Part shown: one piece after another, positions 21,420 through 39,071 of the stretch | How positions within the stretch are numbered: the stretch's first letter is position 1 | How the letters are laid out: each line of letters opens with the position of its first letter | From: Seison nebaliae | Taxonomy: Eukaryota | Reading direction: 5' to 3' | DNA: 61,487 nt | Assembly (NCBI GenBank): GCA_023231475.1 | Contig: JALJEE010002570.1 | Coordinates: 62,001-123,487 of the forward strand | Made by a program: the position numbers and the translations under genes | The notes under the pieces: model-generated | Database searches by the model: none | What the model was told of the DNA's origin: nothing | Seen by the model: the letters and a program-made list of their open reading frames with translations, nothing else

Positions 21420-24235
21420 TTAAATAATTCCTGTAAATTTTCGTAGCTCATTCAACCATACGACAATATAGAGGTAAATGATTGCACATAATTCATCTTT
21501 GCCATTCATGCGGAAATGCACTTTCTCATAATTCCCAATTTCCTCTAAAACATGATGAGACAAAGAGAATGGATTCTGTTTACAATATTGTCCTGTAGCA
21601 TCGTCGTCATTTAAATGCATTATCGCTACACCGCCAAGACCTTCTTCATGAATAAATTGAGTCTAATTTAAAAATTAAATTCCACAAAATTTCATCAATC
21701 AAAAAATAGAAGAACTTTCGCTCGATGACTGATCGGATCTTCGAATGTAATCCAAGTCGTTTCATTGAAAATAATAAATGGAGTTTCCGTATCATGATCA
21801 TAATAACGAAGACCATATCCCCGACTAATTCCATCGCATAACTATATAACATTATCAGATTATGATATTGTTGAACAATATTATTCTAACTTCGTATGAT
21901 GTCCAATAACCTTTCTTCTTTGTCAAATGACCACCATTACCAGGATCTAAAAATTTAAGAATTATTTCCTTCAAATTAATCGAATCAAAAAACATTTTGA
22001 ATTCATTTCAACATAAGTTCCTTTACGTTCCGTAAAGCTGTTGGGAGAACCTAATTCGAACGATCTCCCATATAAAGGAATTGTTAAAATTATTCTATCT
22101 AAATCAACTCCCAAATTATAAATATAATTGATGATATATTCCTTAAAATTTCAAAATTATACAATGAAAAATAAAAAAAAATTTAAAATTTTGAAATAAA
22201 CATCATTCCATTGTGCCACTTCATTCATATCATTCGTTCTTGGATATAGGGCACTGTGAGGACGTGTCTCATTAATATTCTTGTCGAACATATCGACTGA
22301 ACGTACGATCAAATAATCGCTGATGCTAAAAGACGACAAATAAGAAAATGGTTTTAACAGAGGAAAATTAAAATGTTTAACGTCGATATGTGTTTCAACA
22401 CAAGTTTATAAAAGCGATTTAATTGTTCAACATATCCTGGAATGACTGAGAATAATGTGATTCGTTTATCTTCCGATCGTTTCCGATTATGATTTTCAAT
22501 CGACTGACGAAAAGCCTGGAAAAAATATTTATAAATTACACTACAATATTATGATAAAAAATTTGAACCAAAATCAGACTTAAATATCTTCTGGGTGCAT
22601 CTGAATTAATTTGATGAGGTAATTTGAAGATATTACTTCGAGGTAGAAGATTGGAAGAAAAGGTATGTCTCGAATTTTGAAGTAATTCATGAAGTTTTAG
22701 ATAATTCTCTATCAAAAACAAATTTTTTTCATTTCTCTTATCAGCAACGTATTGTCTAGTTCGAATGAGAGTAGTCGGTTTTTGAATTTTCAAATGATCT
22801 GCATTCCAATTCACCACAATTCCGTCAAATCCATTTTGGTTGATCCAGTTGATGGAATTAGTTGCAAATTCTCGAATTACCTAAAAAATTATGAACATTA
22901 TTTCTAAATCTAAATATGAACTAAATATAACATCTGCTGTTGCGTATAATAACTGTAACATAACATCATCGTCAAATCCGAAAGATATGAGAATTTTTAG
23001 ACTTGAATTTTTCAATTTCCATCGATTCATTAACCATGATAGACATGTCTATTGATGAGAGACGACCAGTGAGAAACAGAAGTGAGTTACATCATAAAAA
23101 TAGTTGAATCGAATTATATGGGAAGGCCAAATGATGTGAATATTATTGATATAAGAATTAAACGATCAAATTAAAAAAAAAAGAAGATTACACAATATTT
23201 ACTAACGGATGTATACGTTTCTGGCATTTCCAATTCGATCGTCTTCTTTATTAGATTGATATTTGCTTCCGTTATTAATAAGTGAGAGCAAAGATTGAAC
23301 TGAAACGAATCATCGATATCACCCAAAATTTTCGAGATGCTTAATATGTTACGACAGTTGACAATCTCATCTGTCTTCTTCTCTTCTTTGTTGTTAAAGG
23401 AATTAAGTAATTTGTTTGCCAACAACTTTTGGACTTGTAAATCTGGTAAACTTTGGATTTCATCTAATAAACTTTTTTCAGGTAAATATCTGAACAGATT
23501 AGTATCGAAATTCCTTCCAACATTCTCCAACAATTTCTTATTCTTTAACTTCTCTTTATAATAATCATCGAGTTGTTCGTTCACCAACGAATCATATAAT
23601 AATTCATTTTCAATATCATTCATCCAATGTGAATGATCGACATTCCGTTTCTTCCATTGACGGAACGGATTTAACAATTTCGATTTCTTTGAATGGAAAA
23701 TTAAATTTTTCGGAGTTCCATCAAATTTCATAGACTTATGTGTCTTACTACTAGGTTGTTTAACGAGGAAATCTCTTTTTGGCCATTTTAACATACAAAT
23801 CTTTAATTTCCCATGTTTTGACGGTTCACTCCTCGTCTCATTTTCAGCCGTATTTATTAAATATTGATAATAATTATCTAAAAACATTGGCCATTCATCA
23901 TCATTTGTCAAATCGCTGTAGTCGTAAGAAGAGAATTGGGAGAAATCAGGAACTTTCCTCTTTTGTTGTAACAATTTCATTAGTTCAGTGGTAGTCGTAG
24001 ATTTGAGTTCAGTACGACGATCCATTATACTATACAACGAATGATTGTTGGGACTGGAATAAAATGGTGATTGAATCTGATAAGATTTCTTCATTTTTTT
24101 CTGTTCTTGTTCCGATTTTATCGGAAGATTCTCGTTAATCGAAATAGAAACTTTCTTCCTGGTAATTGATGGAATTGATTCCATCATGATATGTGAGTAC
24201 CAAATAATAAAGTGGAAAAAAACTAAATTTTTCAT
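21420..24235 (-). CDS. GH18 chitinase-like protein, catalytic motif degenerate; multi-exon, long N-terminal extension
   Basis: Spliced motifs NLCSHLLI, LKNSSLKILISFG, FATNSINWINQNGFDGIVVNWN, TRPHSALY, IILTIPLYGRSF, GYWTSYELC, WITFEDPISHRAK, GLGGVAIMHLNDDD; signal-like start MKNLVFFHFIIW. Confidence 0.85.
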
Positions 24236-26124
24236 AATTATTTTTCAAATCCGACAATTCTAATCTAGTCTAAATTAACAACAAATTTTTCAATAATCAA
24301 AATTTTTGACGTCGATGTCTTTTCAGTTTGGAATGGAGAAAGATGAATGTTAATATGGATAAAGTTATGGAAGACGATTGAAGGAAGTAGAGATTGGAGA
24401 CCATTCTTCGATTACTACAAATATGTTTTTGGGATGTAAGAAAGAATATCATTGAGGAGAACGTGTAATCCGGTGAACGTGGTGAAATATTTCGAAGGTG
24501 AAATAGGACGAGAAGAAAATTCTTTCTCTCCATTTGAAGATATCATCGATTGAAGAGAAATTCCCTTTAAATTATTGATGATTCACAGTCATCAATCTCT
24601 ATGTATTACCAGCAATTGGATCAGAAAAAATCCGTAATTATTGTAATGGTAGAAAGAATATTGATATAAGAAATAATTAGAAAGTTACGACATTTTCCGT
24701 AGGAACGATGACGTACATTGATGAATGAACGACGATAATGAAAGTGATCGTTTGAGTGAGATTGTAGTTCTACTATCAGAAATTTCTGGGTTCTTTCGAT
24801 TTTTTTTAAAGATAGTCAATTATATCTCAAATGGAACAGTTGAAATATCAGATCAATCTCTACTTGTTCATCAAACATTTAATGTTATCAAAAAGTGATA
24901 CTTGTATCTTCGTATTCTATTTTAATTCCATCTCATTCGATCCTATCCGATTTCATCTCATCATCATTTTAATTATCATTCGTTTTCATGTCAATCAAAT
25001 TTGTTCATTTAGGGTGGAATTAAGTTAACTGTTCTACTATTCTATTTCCTGATAGAAACATCAATAAATCGATCAATATCATCAGGGTCAAAACGATTCG
25101 TGTATAATCAGAAGAAGGTCTATAGACCAGACAATCTATAGATTCAGTCACTAAACTGAAATCTACCGTTAAAAGTAGAACTGAGTCAAATATTTTCTTT
25201 TTTTTCCAATTTTTATTCAAATTATTTCACGAATTCTCTATTTGACAACGTGAACTAAAGAATAATCCAAAATATTCGATTAGTATAAGATTTGTTTCTC
25301 GTCCTTGAATTGAACATTTTTTATCTTCTTCCAATTCTATTTTTGAGGAATAATTTTTAATTATTTTAAATTAACTTAATTTTAAAGTGAATTAAGTTAA
25401 ATTTATTTTGAAAATGTTATTCTTTTTTAAAGTTTTTAATTGAAATATTTTAAAAATTTTAAAGTTTTTTACATTCTTCTACAAATTGACTATGAAGATG
25501 ATTGTGGACGTACCAATTTCATTTTAATTCTTTTCTTTCAAAACAATAATAAAAAATTCAAATATTTTGAAGAGGTGTAGGAGTAAATAGTTTGACCTTG
25601 TGCACTTCAGTGATATTAGTGATATACGGAGATCCATTCAACGAATCTTTTTCATGACTTATTCAGAAAATATCCATCGGTTATTTAAAAGAAAAGATTT
25701 AATGAGCTTCAATGTCAATTATCTATCGATGTTGTTTGACATGAGTAAAAATAAAAAATAAATCTCTCGTCTATTTGCCACCTAAAAAATTAGTGACATT
25801 GTGTGGGAGGTTTCTTCAATCTATTTTCTACATACTCTCCTTATTTTTGTTTTTCTATAGTATAGAATCTATAGATCGGAATCTCTCACACAAGATAAAA
25901 GCAGAAACAATAAATGTTTCTTTTATGAATGTGACACATCATTCACATTATTGTCAGAAGTGAAAAAGAAATAAAGAATAAATATGACATTTCTAAAATT
26001 TTTCCATTTAATTGAGAGTATTAATAAAATTCTTTCTTCTTTTCAATTAGAAACAATAACTAATAAAATTTCTTCATTCATTAATCAAGTTGGAAATCAA
26101 TAAAGAGATACTCAGCCAATAAAT

Positions 26125-29749
<3,625 letters not shown>

Positions 29750-30495
29750 ACGAAGATTTTAAGAAATGAACGTTCAACGAAAATTTTTTCCATTTTTTCC
29801 TCTCAATACATTTTTCCGTCCTTCTAATACTTCTTGACAATTTTTTTTTCTCCAATTCATTCTCCACCAAAAAAGAAAAACGATCTACTTATATTTATTT
29901 CCTATTCAAGATAGATAATTGTTTGATCTATTCAATATCATATTTGATAGTGAACATCACATATTCCGATTTTACTTGCAGGATCACGTTAAACAACAAT
30001 TTATTTGTTTATCTTATATTCCATTTCCTTTTCCGCTCTTTCTCTCTCTCTCACAATTAATATTACAAAACTCAATCTGTTTTGATTCATTATATTTATT
30101 TCTCATTAGAATTATTCTCAATCCTCAATGGATCATAAAATCTGATATTGAGCTATTTGGAAAAATAAACTAAAAATTATTTACTTATTATTTCTTCATT
30201 AAATTTAAATATTTTAGAAATAAAATACTTAAAAATTAAAAAATATTTTGAAAAAGGAAAATCCTTATATGGAATCTACCAATTACTTCTCCTCGTAAGA
30301 ATTTTCTCCTCTGTAAACTTTTACTCTTATCCCGTAAGAGGAATCATTCCATTAGTTGTCGGAAATAATTGCGAGAAACAGAAAAAGATTCATAGAATTA
30401 TTAGCAATAAGGAAAAGTGAAATAAATTGTATACTATATATACAATGGATACTATTACAATAAGCAAACTAATTAGTTTAATTAAGTTTATCAAG

Positions 30496-31001
30496 ATGAA
30501 TATTCATTTTATTATTTTGGTTTTATTTCACTTTAACTTACAGTTGGTAACGGGTAATCATAGGTATTACTTAAGTTCAATAATTTGTCATAAACTAATC
30601 TCAATATGTTATGTCATTTTAGACATATGAGTTTAGAACAAAACCATTTATATTATAATTCTTCTTCAAATGGAACTAGTAGGGAAAAGTTTATTTTTTT
30701 CTTTCTCCTCTTATTCTGAGATTGATCAGTTTTTCAGTCCTGCGTTCGAAGCTATCTCTCATGGTTGTCATTATAGGATCACTATTGGTTCCTCCATTAA
30801 TGGTGGGAATTGCCATTCTATGCATCAGAGTACTTAGTTAACATTTATGATTCCCTACCATATTCTAGTTCGATCATTATAGAAAATCGTAACGCATTTG
30901 AACGTCAAGTGGGTAAAATTAAAAAGCCACGAGTCAAAGGTGCGGTAGATAACATATCGGCACCCAACTTCCAAACCATGTCACAGGCACCGATTTTGTA
31001 A
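30496..31001 (+). CDS. Small type-I membrane protein (~119 aa, 4 exons), hypothetical
   Basis: Exons 30496-30563, 30623-30688, 30730-30836, 30883-31001 splice in frame: signal-like MNIHFIILVLFHFNLQLV, ectodomain with NSS/NGT/NFS sequons, TM LMVVIIGSLLVPPLMVGIAILCI, basic tail. Confidence 0.6.
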
Positions 31002-31234
31002 TTTTCTTTATTACCGTTCTTTTATAAAATTTTTCCCATAAAACTATTCTAATGATGATAAGTTAAATTTGAATAAATCTGATAATAATTTTCTTGTATA
31101 TATTCTTATTCTTTTTCAAATGTTACTAAATCTTTTAAAACTAACAACTAACTTTGTAAAATCCAAATCATAATTCATATTTATAATTCATCCTCAAATG
31201 CTTACAGGGTATATACTGACAACATTGTGAATAA

Positions 31235-34200
31235 TCAATTTGAATTTAAAATTTCTGGTTCTAGTAATTTTTTATGAAATTGGAAAAAATATATTAGTAA
31301 GTTAATTTTTTTTCTTGTTACTTCCTTTCACAGACATATCTGGTACTCTTCTATAATTTGGTATCGTTTCAAAATTCTTTAATTGTTTGTTCTCATTTCC
31401 ATCTTTCTTCTGAATTTTTCCGTTGTTGTTGTTGGTGGTGGTGGTTGTAGAGGTGTTTTTATCTAATGAATTTTTTTTCTTGTTTTCTTTCTTATTTGCG
31501 TCATTACTTCCTCGGAAAGAGGTGAGGGAGGATTTGGAATTGGTTTGAGAATTCTTATTTTCCATTATGAAATTTCTTTTGGGTCTTTCAATATTCTCTG
31601 CTAAATAAACAAATCGAAATTAAGATTGATCAAAAAAGAAGACTGACCTGTTTTCGATGTTCGTTGTTTCATGTTCCCATCAGTTTTCGAGATAGATCGT
31701 TCCACTCCAATTGCTGTATTGACCGTCGAATTATTACTCTTGATTTCACTGAGAGATTTACGACGATTTCCTCCATTACTCCCAGTCTTGTTACCGGTAT
31801 CATTGATATATTTCACTTTCGGATTCATATTTATTGTTACATTATTCTTCAATTTCCCACCATTACCATTCGACTTAATATTTCCTTTACTATGATAATT
31901 GTCATGATGATGATTATTATTATTGTTGGAATAACTAGAACTGAATAATTCTTTTTTATCTAATCCCAAATCTTTCATCAGTTCATCATGAGCCATATTC
32001 GCTTTCTTCTGAGCAGCTTTCGCAGCGATTCCCCTCGTCTGTTGTCGAACATTTTTATTCAATTCTTTATTCTGCATATTATCCTTCTTATTTAATGGTT
32101 GAATATGAGGAAGATGTTGTCGGTTGACTACCGGATAATTCTTACTACTTTGCGTAGACAAATCTATCGAACATGTATTCTCATTGTCTGATGAAGAGTT
32201 CAGTTGATCGATATCTGTCACTAGAGTCGCCGTATCACTACGACCAATTCTTTTCGATGATTTATTATTAGATGAATCCTCTAAAAAATTATCAATAATT
32301 GTCGATCGTTCTCTGGAAATGCTTATTGATGAATTGTACGATGAACTGATATCATCATAGGAGGAACTCCTACTCATTTCGTTTATTTGCAAAGAATTCT
32401 CTTGCGAATTCTTTTGTTTTGGTAACGCTTTTGTTGCTATAGGAAGAAGTGGTTTGAATTTCGTAGCAACAATATTTCGTTTCATTTGCTTCTCTAATCG
32501 AATTTTCATGTCACTTAATCGCTCTAATTGGCCATGTAAGAATTGCAGGTGAGTAGGTAAGATTATGCCATTTTCTTTTAGAGAAAAGAGAGAATATATT
32601 TATAAGTTTTTTTAAACTAAAAAGTTTACCATCGATCAATTTCTTCTGTTCTTTAGCAACTTTATCATAAACCATTTGACGATTCTCCACTGCATCTAAG
32701 TAATTGTCATTCCATCCACTCGACGATGATGTTTTCAAGTTTTCTATAAACATCTCTGTTGCAATCATTTCTCTCTCATGTAAATCGACGATCAGTGCTA
32801 AAGATTTCTTTGTTTTTTGTTTGAGTGGTTGATCACGGAATTTCTACAAATGGATTATAATTTAATTGAAAACTAACACAATTCTTTTGCACTAACTCGT
32901 TTCATTTGATCAATCTCTTTACGTAAATCACCATAAGATTTCTCCAATTTCTTCTTCTGCTTTTCCAATGCCATTTTCTCAACCTTCGCATTATTAATAT
33001 CAGTTTTGCATTCTTCATATTTCTTCTCAATGTCCTTTATTGTCAAATCTTTATATTTCAAATCACGGAATGCTGATCGATGTGAAGCTTTTAATGATCG
33101 TTCCAAATATTGCATCAATATTTTAGCAAATGTTATTCGATCAGAACAACCAACAATTTGACAATCGATTTCACCAATTTCCTTCTTTAATTCTAATCGT
33201 TTCGTAAATGTTTCTCGTACCTTCAACTTGATTTTTTCATCACTATTCGGATTATTATTCTCCTCATTCTCGTTATCCGAATCATCTGAATCATTCTTCG
33301 GTACTGATTTCTGAAGAGGTTGTAAAATATGGCGGGAATTCTTCGGACCGTTATTCGCTTGACGAGACATACTATCAGGTGAATCACAATTTTTCCTTTC
33401 GTTTCTCCGATTATTGGAAGTTCTCGACGATAGAAATTGGAGTTTTAATTCGAGAAGTTCCTCTCTCTCTTCCTTCAACTTCACAATTTCCGATGCTAGT
33501 TCTTGAATGATTTGTTGATATTGGGAAATGTGGTAATTAACGTCAATAATGTTTCTTTTCGCTTTTGTTCGTATCATTTTCGCTCTAAATTTAATGGGAA
33601 ATTAGTTCATTAATTTTCTTTCTTCTTCCATTTCGATCTCACTAATCAAATTAAATTTGTTTATCGATTAATTATATTTACATTTTTATAACATTATATT
33701 GAATGAGGTCATTCTGATTGACAATTCATTTTTTTCCTTTCAATAAATATTCCATGTTAAGTTAATGAAAGAATCATTCTCCCTTATATGTAAGTTATAT
33801 TATTTTTAGTTTTAACAATGTGAAAATCGTAGTATTGTAGTACTAACCGATCGGCATACATTAAGGTATTACGACTATCTTCAAAATGAGATGACGCTGG
33901 ATTAACATGAGCAATCATTACAGTTTTACTATTTCCACCTAGAGAATCTTTCAAAATTCTCGTTAATTTCGAATCGCGATAATTTATGTATTTACTCCCA
34001 TTTTTATCACCTTCAAAAAAATAATTTTGTAATTAAGATAATTGAAACGAGAGAAAATTATGTTAACATAAAAAATATATTAGAAAAAATTAACTTAGCG
34101 CATTGATACAGTTGCCAAGAGCAAGTAATGATCGATTAATATGTGCTCCTTCTATCATTCGTTTCCCCGTGTTTTGTGTTTGAGATGCACGTTCACTTCC

Positions 34201-35274
34201 CGCCAAATCAATCATGTACAACCTTCCAGTTTTCTCTTCTTGATTTATTCCACGTAATCTATTTCTTTGTCTTATCGTCACTTGTAGTACAGCATGTGAT
34301 CGTGATGATGTTTTATTTGCTTTTGTTGGTTCTTGTGTTCGCGCCTGATTGCCTCGTTTCAACCAATCCATCATCTATTCAAACATTATTTGAAATTTTA
34401 TTAATTGAATAAAAGAAAAAACTTGAGATACATGTTGCACGTGCATTTCACTCAATCCGATAACTTTAATTTCACCACGATTATCTTCTCGTAATTCTAA
34501 ATATTCATTACTCATATGATTATCAGTGACCAATAGATCTCTAATCAATTCATTGTAAATTTCGAAATATGATACCGTTACACGACATTTCTGATGTTCG
34601 TCGTTCTCAGCAATCGAATCGAACATATCCTTTACAGCACAGAACATAATTCCTGGATTTTCATCAGTTCCTATTTTATCAGATATTTAAACATTTTTTT
34701 TAATTAAATATATTTTATTTAATCATAAGAAAAGCGAAACCTAGCATTGTATACGTTTTTCCGGCACCTGTTGCACCGTAAGCGAAAACTGTGGCATTAT
34801 ATCCATCCATCACAGCACTAACAACATTCTTTGTGGTTCGTTCGTATACTTCCATCTGGTTTGATTTCTGATCACATGATGTATCAAACATAAAATGTTT
34901 TTCTCTCGTACGATTTGTCCGTAAAACATCTTCCGATTCATCGGTCGGATCTAATAACACTATCAACTAATATTTATTAGAATTATAAATTTGAATTAAA
35001 AGAAAAGGAAAGAAGAAAGAACATTTGGACTTCGAGATACTCCCAAAGGAGAATTAGATTCTTCGTGTCGTTGGTCAGAATTGACGAGATAAGCGATCGA
35101 ACGTTCACCGAACGCTAATTCATCCTTGGTTAAAGGTCGTATGCGACAACAAACTGTAATATTTTGTTGTTCGATTTCAGTGGAATCGCGTTGACAATTT
35201 GAATTTATGCTGATGTTACTACCGCTTATCAGTTCGGCATTTGACTCATTTAATCCTGTAATACCTTCGCCCAT
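31235..35274 (-). CDS. KIF19: Kinesin-8 family motor KIF19, multi-exon; last exon tentative
   Basis: [82 protein letters not shown]; coiled coil and N/S-rich tail. Confidence 0.92.
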
Positions 35275-36149
35275 CTTCCGCTTCTCATACTTCGCAATTT
35301 GACGAATTAATCAAGTAGAGTTATTTTTCCTCCTAGATTTTAACTGTTAGAAAGGATCGTATTCAAAGAGAACCAGAAAGGAAATGCAAAGAAGAACGAT
35401 TAAGAATGTAATCAAATCAAAAAAGAAAAATAGAGAAAGAATTTGCTGGAGGAAAACTAATAAAAATTCTAATATATAAAAGATGAAAAGAGTGAAGAAA
35501 AACGGATTTAAGTATTCGTACACAATTCATTTACTTATCGGTCGGGAGAAAGGTGGAATAATAAGGAAAAGGATAGACAGGAAATACATAAGAAATTCCG
35601 ATGCTGATTGTTGAATTGAATAATAAACTCTTTGAAGGTTGTGTAGTGCCAACGGCTTAATAAATAATAATAAATGACGTAAATGATGACAAACATGATG
35701 AAAAATGACATTAACTAAATTGAAGAAAATGTCGTTCTTATCCGACAACTCTTAAACTTCCTTCAATTCTCCTTTTGAGAAAAGTTGAAGTCAAAACGAT
35801 TACTTCTTGCAAGGTAAGGAAAAACTTTCAATTTTTTAAAGGTACTCATTCTCAAGATATTAAAAGTATAAGCAAATTTATATTATTTTATTGGATATTC
35901 ATCGAATACTATTGAAAAGAAAATATTGATAACATAAACTTTTTTCGCTTTTATGAATCGGACTTCTATGAACAATTTCTTCAAATTTAATTCAATAGAA
36001 TTCAAGAATTCAAAGAGAGAATTCCCAAAAAAAAAACAGTTTGAAAAAAAGATTTCGCTCTATTATTATCGTTCTTCAATTTCAAGGAAACCAAATTTTT
36101 TTATAAAATTTTCTTACTTTGATTTTTTTTAGCCATCACTTTTAATCGA

Positions 36150-36470
36150 ATCATGACAATTTCCATTCTTCTTCACCAATTGGGGTTCCATATCTGCGTG
36201 CCACTTACAATTTGTTAGTACAATTTAGACTACTTGGAATTGTGATTTTGTCATATCCACAATGTCCATATGCATATCCGCACATTTGTACATTATTTCT
36301 ATTTGTCCATTGTGTAATTTTACGTCAAATACTCCTACTTACTATTTCGGTGTGGAATCATTCCCACAGATGTAGACAATCAAAGAAATTATATGTGTTG
36401 CTGGGCATTTTACACAATCACTTTCCAATTTCCTTCAACCTTTCCGTTCTACATCATGCATATAATTGAA
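36150..36470 (-). pseudogene. Possible degenerate DNA-transposase (Mutator-like zinc-finger) fragment
   Basis: Stop- and frameshift-broken minus-strand translation RLKEIGK*LCK / CVKCPATHII ... VQMCGYAYGH; resemblance to MULE N-terminal C-x-C...H-x-GH region recalled from memory only. Confidence 0.25.
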
Positions 36471-37148
36471 GCAATATTAATTCCTTTGATCGTCCGAATA
36501 AGAATTATAGGAATATTTTGAAGAAAGTCTCATATTTGATTATTCGTTTTTTGAGAAAGTCAATAAAAAGTAATGAAATTGTTCGGACATAATTTCGATT
36601 ATGAAGAAAAGAAGTGGAAAAGAATAAAATCGAATTGTAGCTCCATCAAACGACTTGATGATTAATTAATACAATTTGACATTTTACGATTTTTAGATGA
36701 ATGACCAGAAGTCAATGTACGGTTTCGCTATGGAAACGAATTCGGACAATTATTTTATTTGATCATCAAACTCTAAGAGACGAATTCGCTTTCTTCTCAT
36801 AAGAGAATCAAAAAGAATCCCTATTATTTACATTCTTTTATTTCGTTGTAATTTTATCCGAAGATCATGTTCGTTTGATAGAAGCTTTCACTTAATCAAT
36901 ATTTCCTTCTGATGGAAATGGAACTTAATCAAAATTTTACATTTAGTTGTAGAAACGATAACTTAACCAAAAATTTATAAACTTGAACTTAAAAATTAAT
37001 CAAAAATAGATTAATTTGATTAAACGAAATATAAAGGACTTGTTCTATAAATATGAATGGGGAAAAAAAGAAGAAAAGTAATTCAAATAGAAAGATTCTC
37101 GATTAATAATATATTTTGAGAAAAGGAAGAAACATAGAAAGTAATTAA

Positions 37149-38459
37149 TTGATTCTCCCAAGAAACATGTCAAAAAGATTCATTAATAAATTGAAACTCC
37201 GTTTTGACCATCGTGCACGAAATAATAATAAGAATTATGCGGAAAGAAATGAATATGAAATTCCAGGTAACGAAATAAAATATGCACAAGAAACTGCTAT
37301 TAATGATAAATCGATACCATCATTATCATCGTCTTCAACGACGTCATTGTCCACCCCATCATCGACATCATCGACATCATCGACTTCTATTTCGCCATAT
37401 ATGATGATTAGCAGGAATGAGAGCAAGAATAATTGTCAAACGAATGGTTCATTGAGAAAAAAAGAGGAGGCTCCTGTTTTTAGTTACCATAGAAATGATG
37501 TGGACGAAACTGATAATAATATCTTGAACGATTTCAAATTACAAACACAACAGCGAGTATGTCGTTTACGCAATCGCTTCCGCCGCAGTCTTCGATTGAA
37601 TCGTGAACATCGTCATGAACTTTCTTTGCTCAATTCCTACTTTGACATGTGGTTACGAGAGAATACGAGTTGCTCCTCCGATGTATTAAATGGATTTTGT
37701 GAAAGAATTGAGTATTCGATTGATTATATTTTATCGCAAAACACGGCAAATTACAGAGGAAATGGTAATTCGACATCACACAATTCAAGAAAAACAACTT
37801 CCCACACTCCAATCCATAACTTTTACCACCAAAACAATCAAATCGATAAATGGGGAACTAATGAGAATATAGAACAAAACAACATGACAACAACATTGCA
37901 AAGAAAGAAACTCGCATTGTTACAAAAAGAGAATTCTGAAATTGAAAGATTAACGTATGCGGCTTATGGAATGGATGCAACCAAATCGACACAACTTATC
38001 AACACAACAAATCGATATGAACCGTTCAAGAATCAATTAAGAAAAAACACCTCCAGAACATATCGATCAAAAAGTGCAACAACGTCAACAAAGTCATATA
38101 TCAGTTCGTTGAAAGGTGAAAACAACACAATATACGATGCTATTTTCGAGAACTCGATAGAGTTGGAGAATTATTGTCCAAATTCACAAATGATAAATCG
38201 ATTAAGCGACTCGATCGATATTAATTGGTTTGATGCAAAACAGAAATACGATATGATTCAAGAACCATCGTACAACTATTGGAATTCATCGGACTCACTT
38301 CACGTCTACAGTCGAATCGAAGATGATGATATTTACGAATTTTACAATCAATTAACAAGATCAAGAAAAATTAAATTTACTAATGAAAATATTCTAATGA
38401 ACTTAAATGTTTCAACGAACGATTGGAATAAGAGTGTGCAGAAAATGACATTTATTTGA
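37149..38459 (+). CDS. Intronless hypothetical protein (~430 aa; likely ATG at 37167)
   Basis: 1.3-kb ORF; S/T/N-rich, no family recognised. Confidence 0.65.
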   Translation: MILPRNMSKRFINKLKLRFDHRARNNNKNYAERNEYEIPGNEIKYAQETAINDKSIPSLSSSSTTSLSTPSSTSSTSSTSISPYMMISRNESKNNCQTNGSLRKKEEAPVFSYHRNDVDETDNNILNDFKLQTQQRVCRLRNRFRRSLRLNREHRHELSLLNSYFDMWLRENTSCSSDVLNGFCERIEYSIDYILSQNTANYRGNGNSTSHNSRKTTSHTPIHNFYHQNNQIDKWGTNENIEQNNMTTTLQRKKLALLQKENSEIERLTYAAYGMDATKSTQLINTTNRYEPFKNQLRKNTSRTYRSKSATTSTKSYISSLKGENNTIYDAIFENSIELENYCPNSQMINRLSDSIDINWFDAKQKYDMIQEPSYNYWNSSDSLHVYSRIEDDDIYEFYNQLTRSRKIKFTNENILMNLNVSTNDWNKSVQKMTFI

Positions 38460-39071
38460 ATGAACTATTTAATTCAAAGACTTTTTTTTATGTTTCATTA
38501 AATTTTTTTTATTTGATATTAATTTTTATCGATTCATTAACCGTTTGGACTAATAAAAAATTTTAAAAAAGAACTTCATTTCAACTTCTTCAACAAATCT
38601 GAATCACAATGTTATTTGAGCAACATAGAATACTGTCAAGTGACAATTGGTGAATAGTGTCTGTATGTTGAAAGAGTATTAAAGAAATCGTTCATCGTAA
38701 CAAACATAATTCACTTAAGATTAGATGTTCTCCGCCATTATGTTATCAAACGTTATTCGATAAATGAAGAAAAAATTTTGAAATCTTCCTCATTCCCTTC
38801 TCCACCTTCCTTCACGATAAGAGCGACGAAAATAAAATTTTAATAAGCAAAGGAGACACAAAAGGAAGTGAATAGATGGATAAAAGTGCAAGGATTCATG
38901 ACCGAATCTCTACATATAATCCTAATCTTCCTCTTCTTATCAACTTTCATTCTTTCTTTTCAATATTGTTTATTAATTGATTCTACTTCAATTTAGTTTT
39001 CTTCCTTTATTTGTTAAAGTTTTTTTCCCACCCAAATAAATAATCTTTTTACTTAATGAAATTATCTCAAT

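Noticed and set aside
24297..25220. Short ORFs between the GH18 gene and GFAT
   Set aside because: Could not assemble a coherent spliced model or recognise any motif
36200..36505. Minus-strand frame of ~100 codons interrupted only by four TGA codons (possible TGA recoding or selenoprotein)
   Set aside because: Neighbouring genes use TGA as a normal stop, no SECIS or start context is evident, and decay or chance explains it more simply
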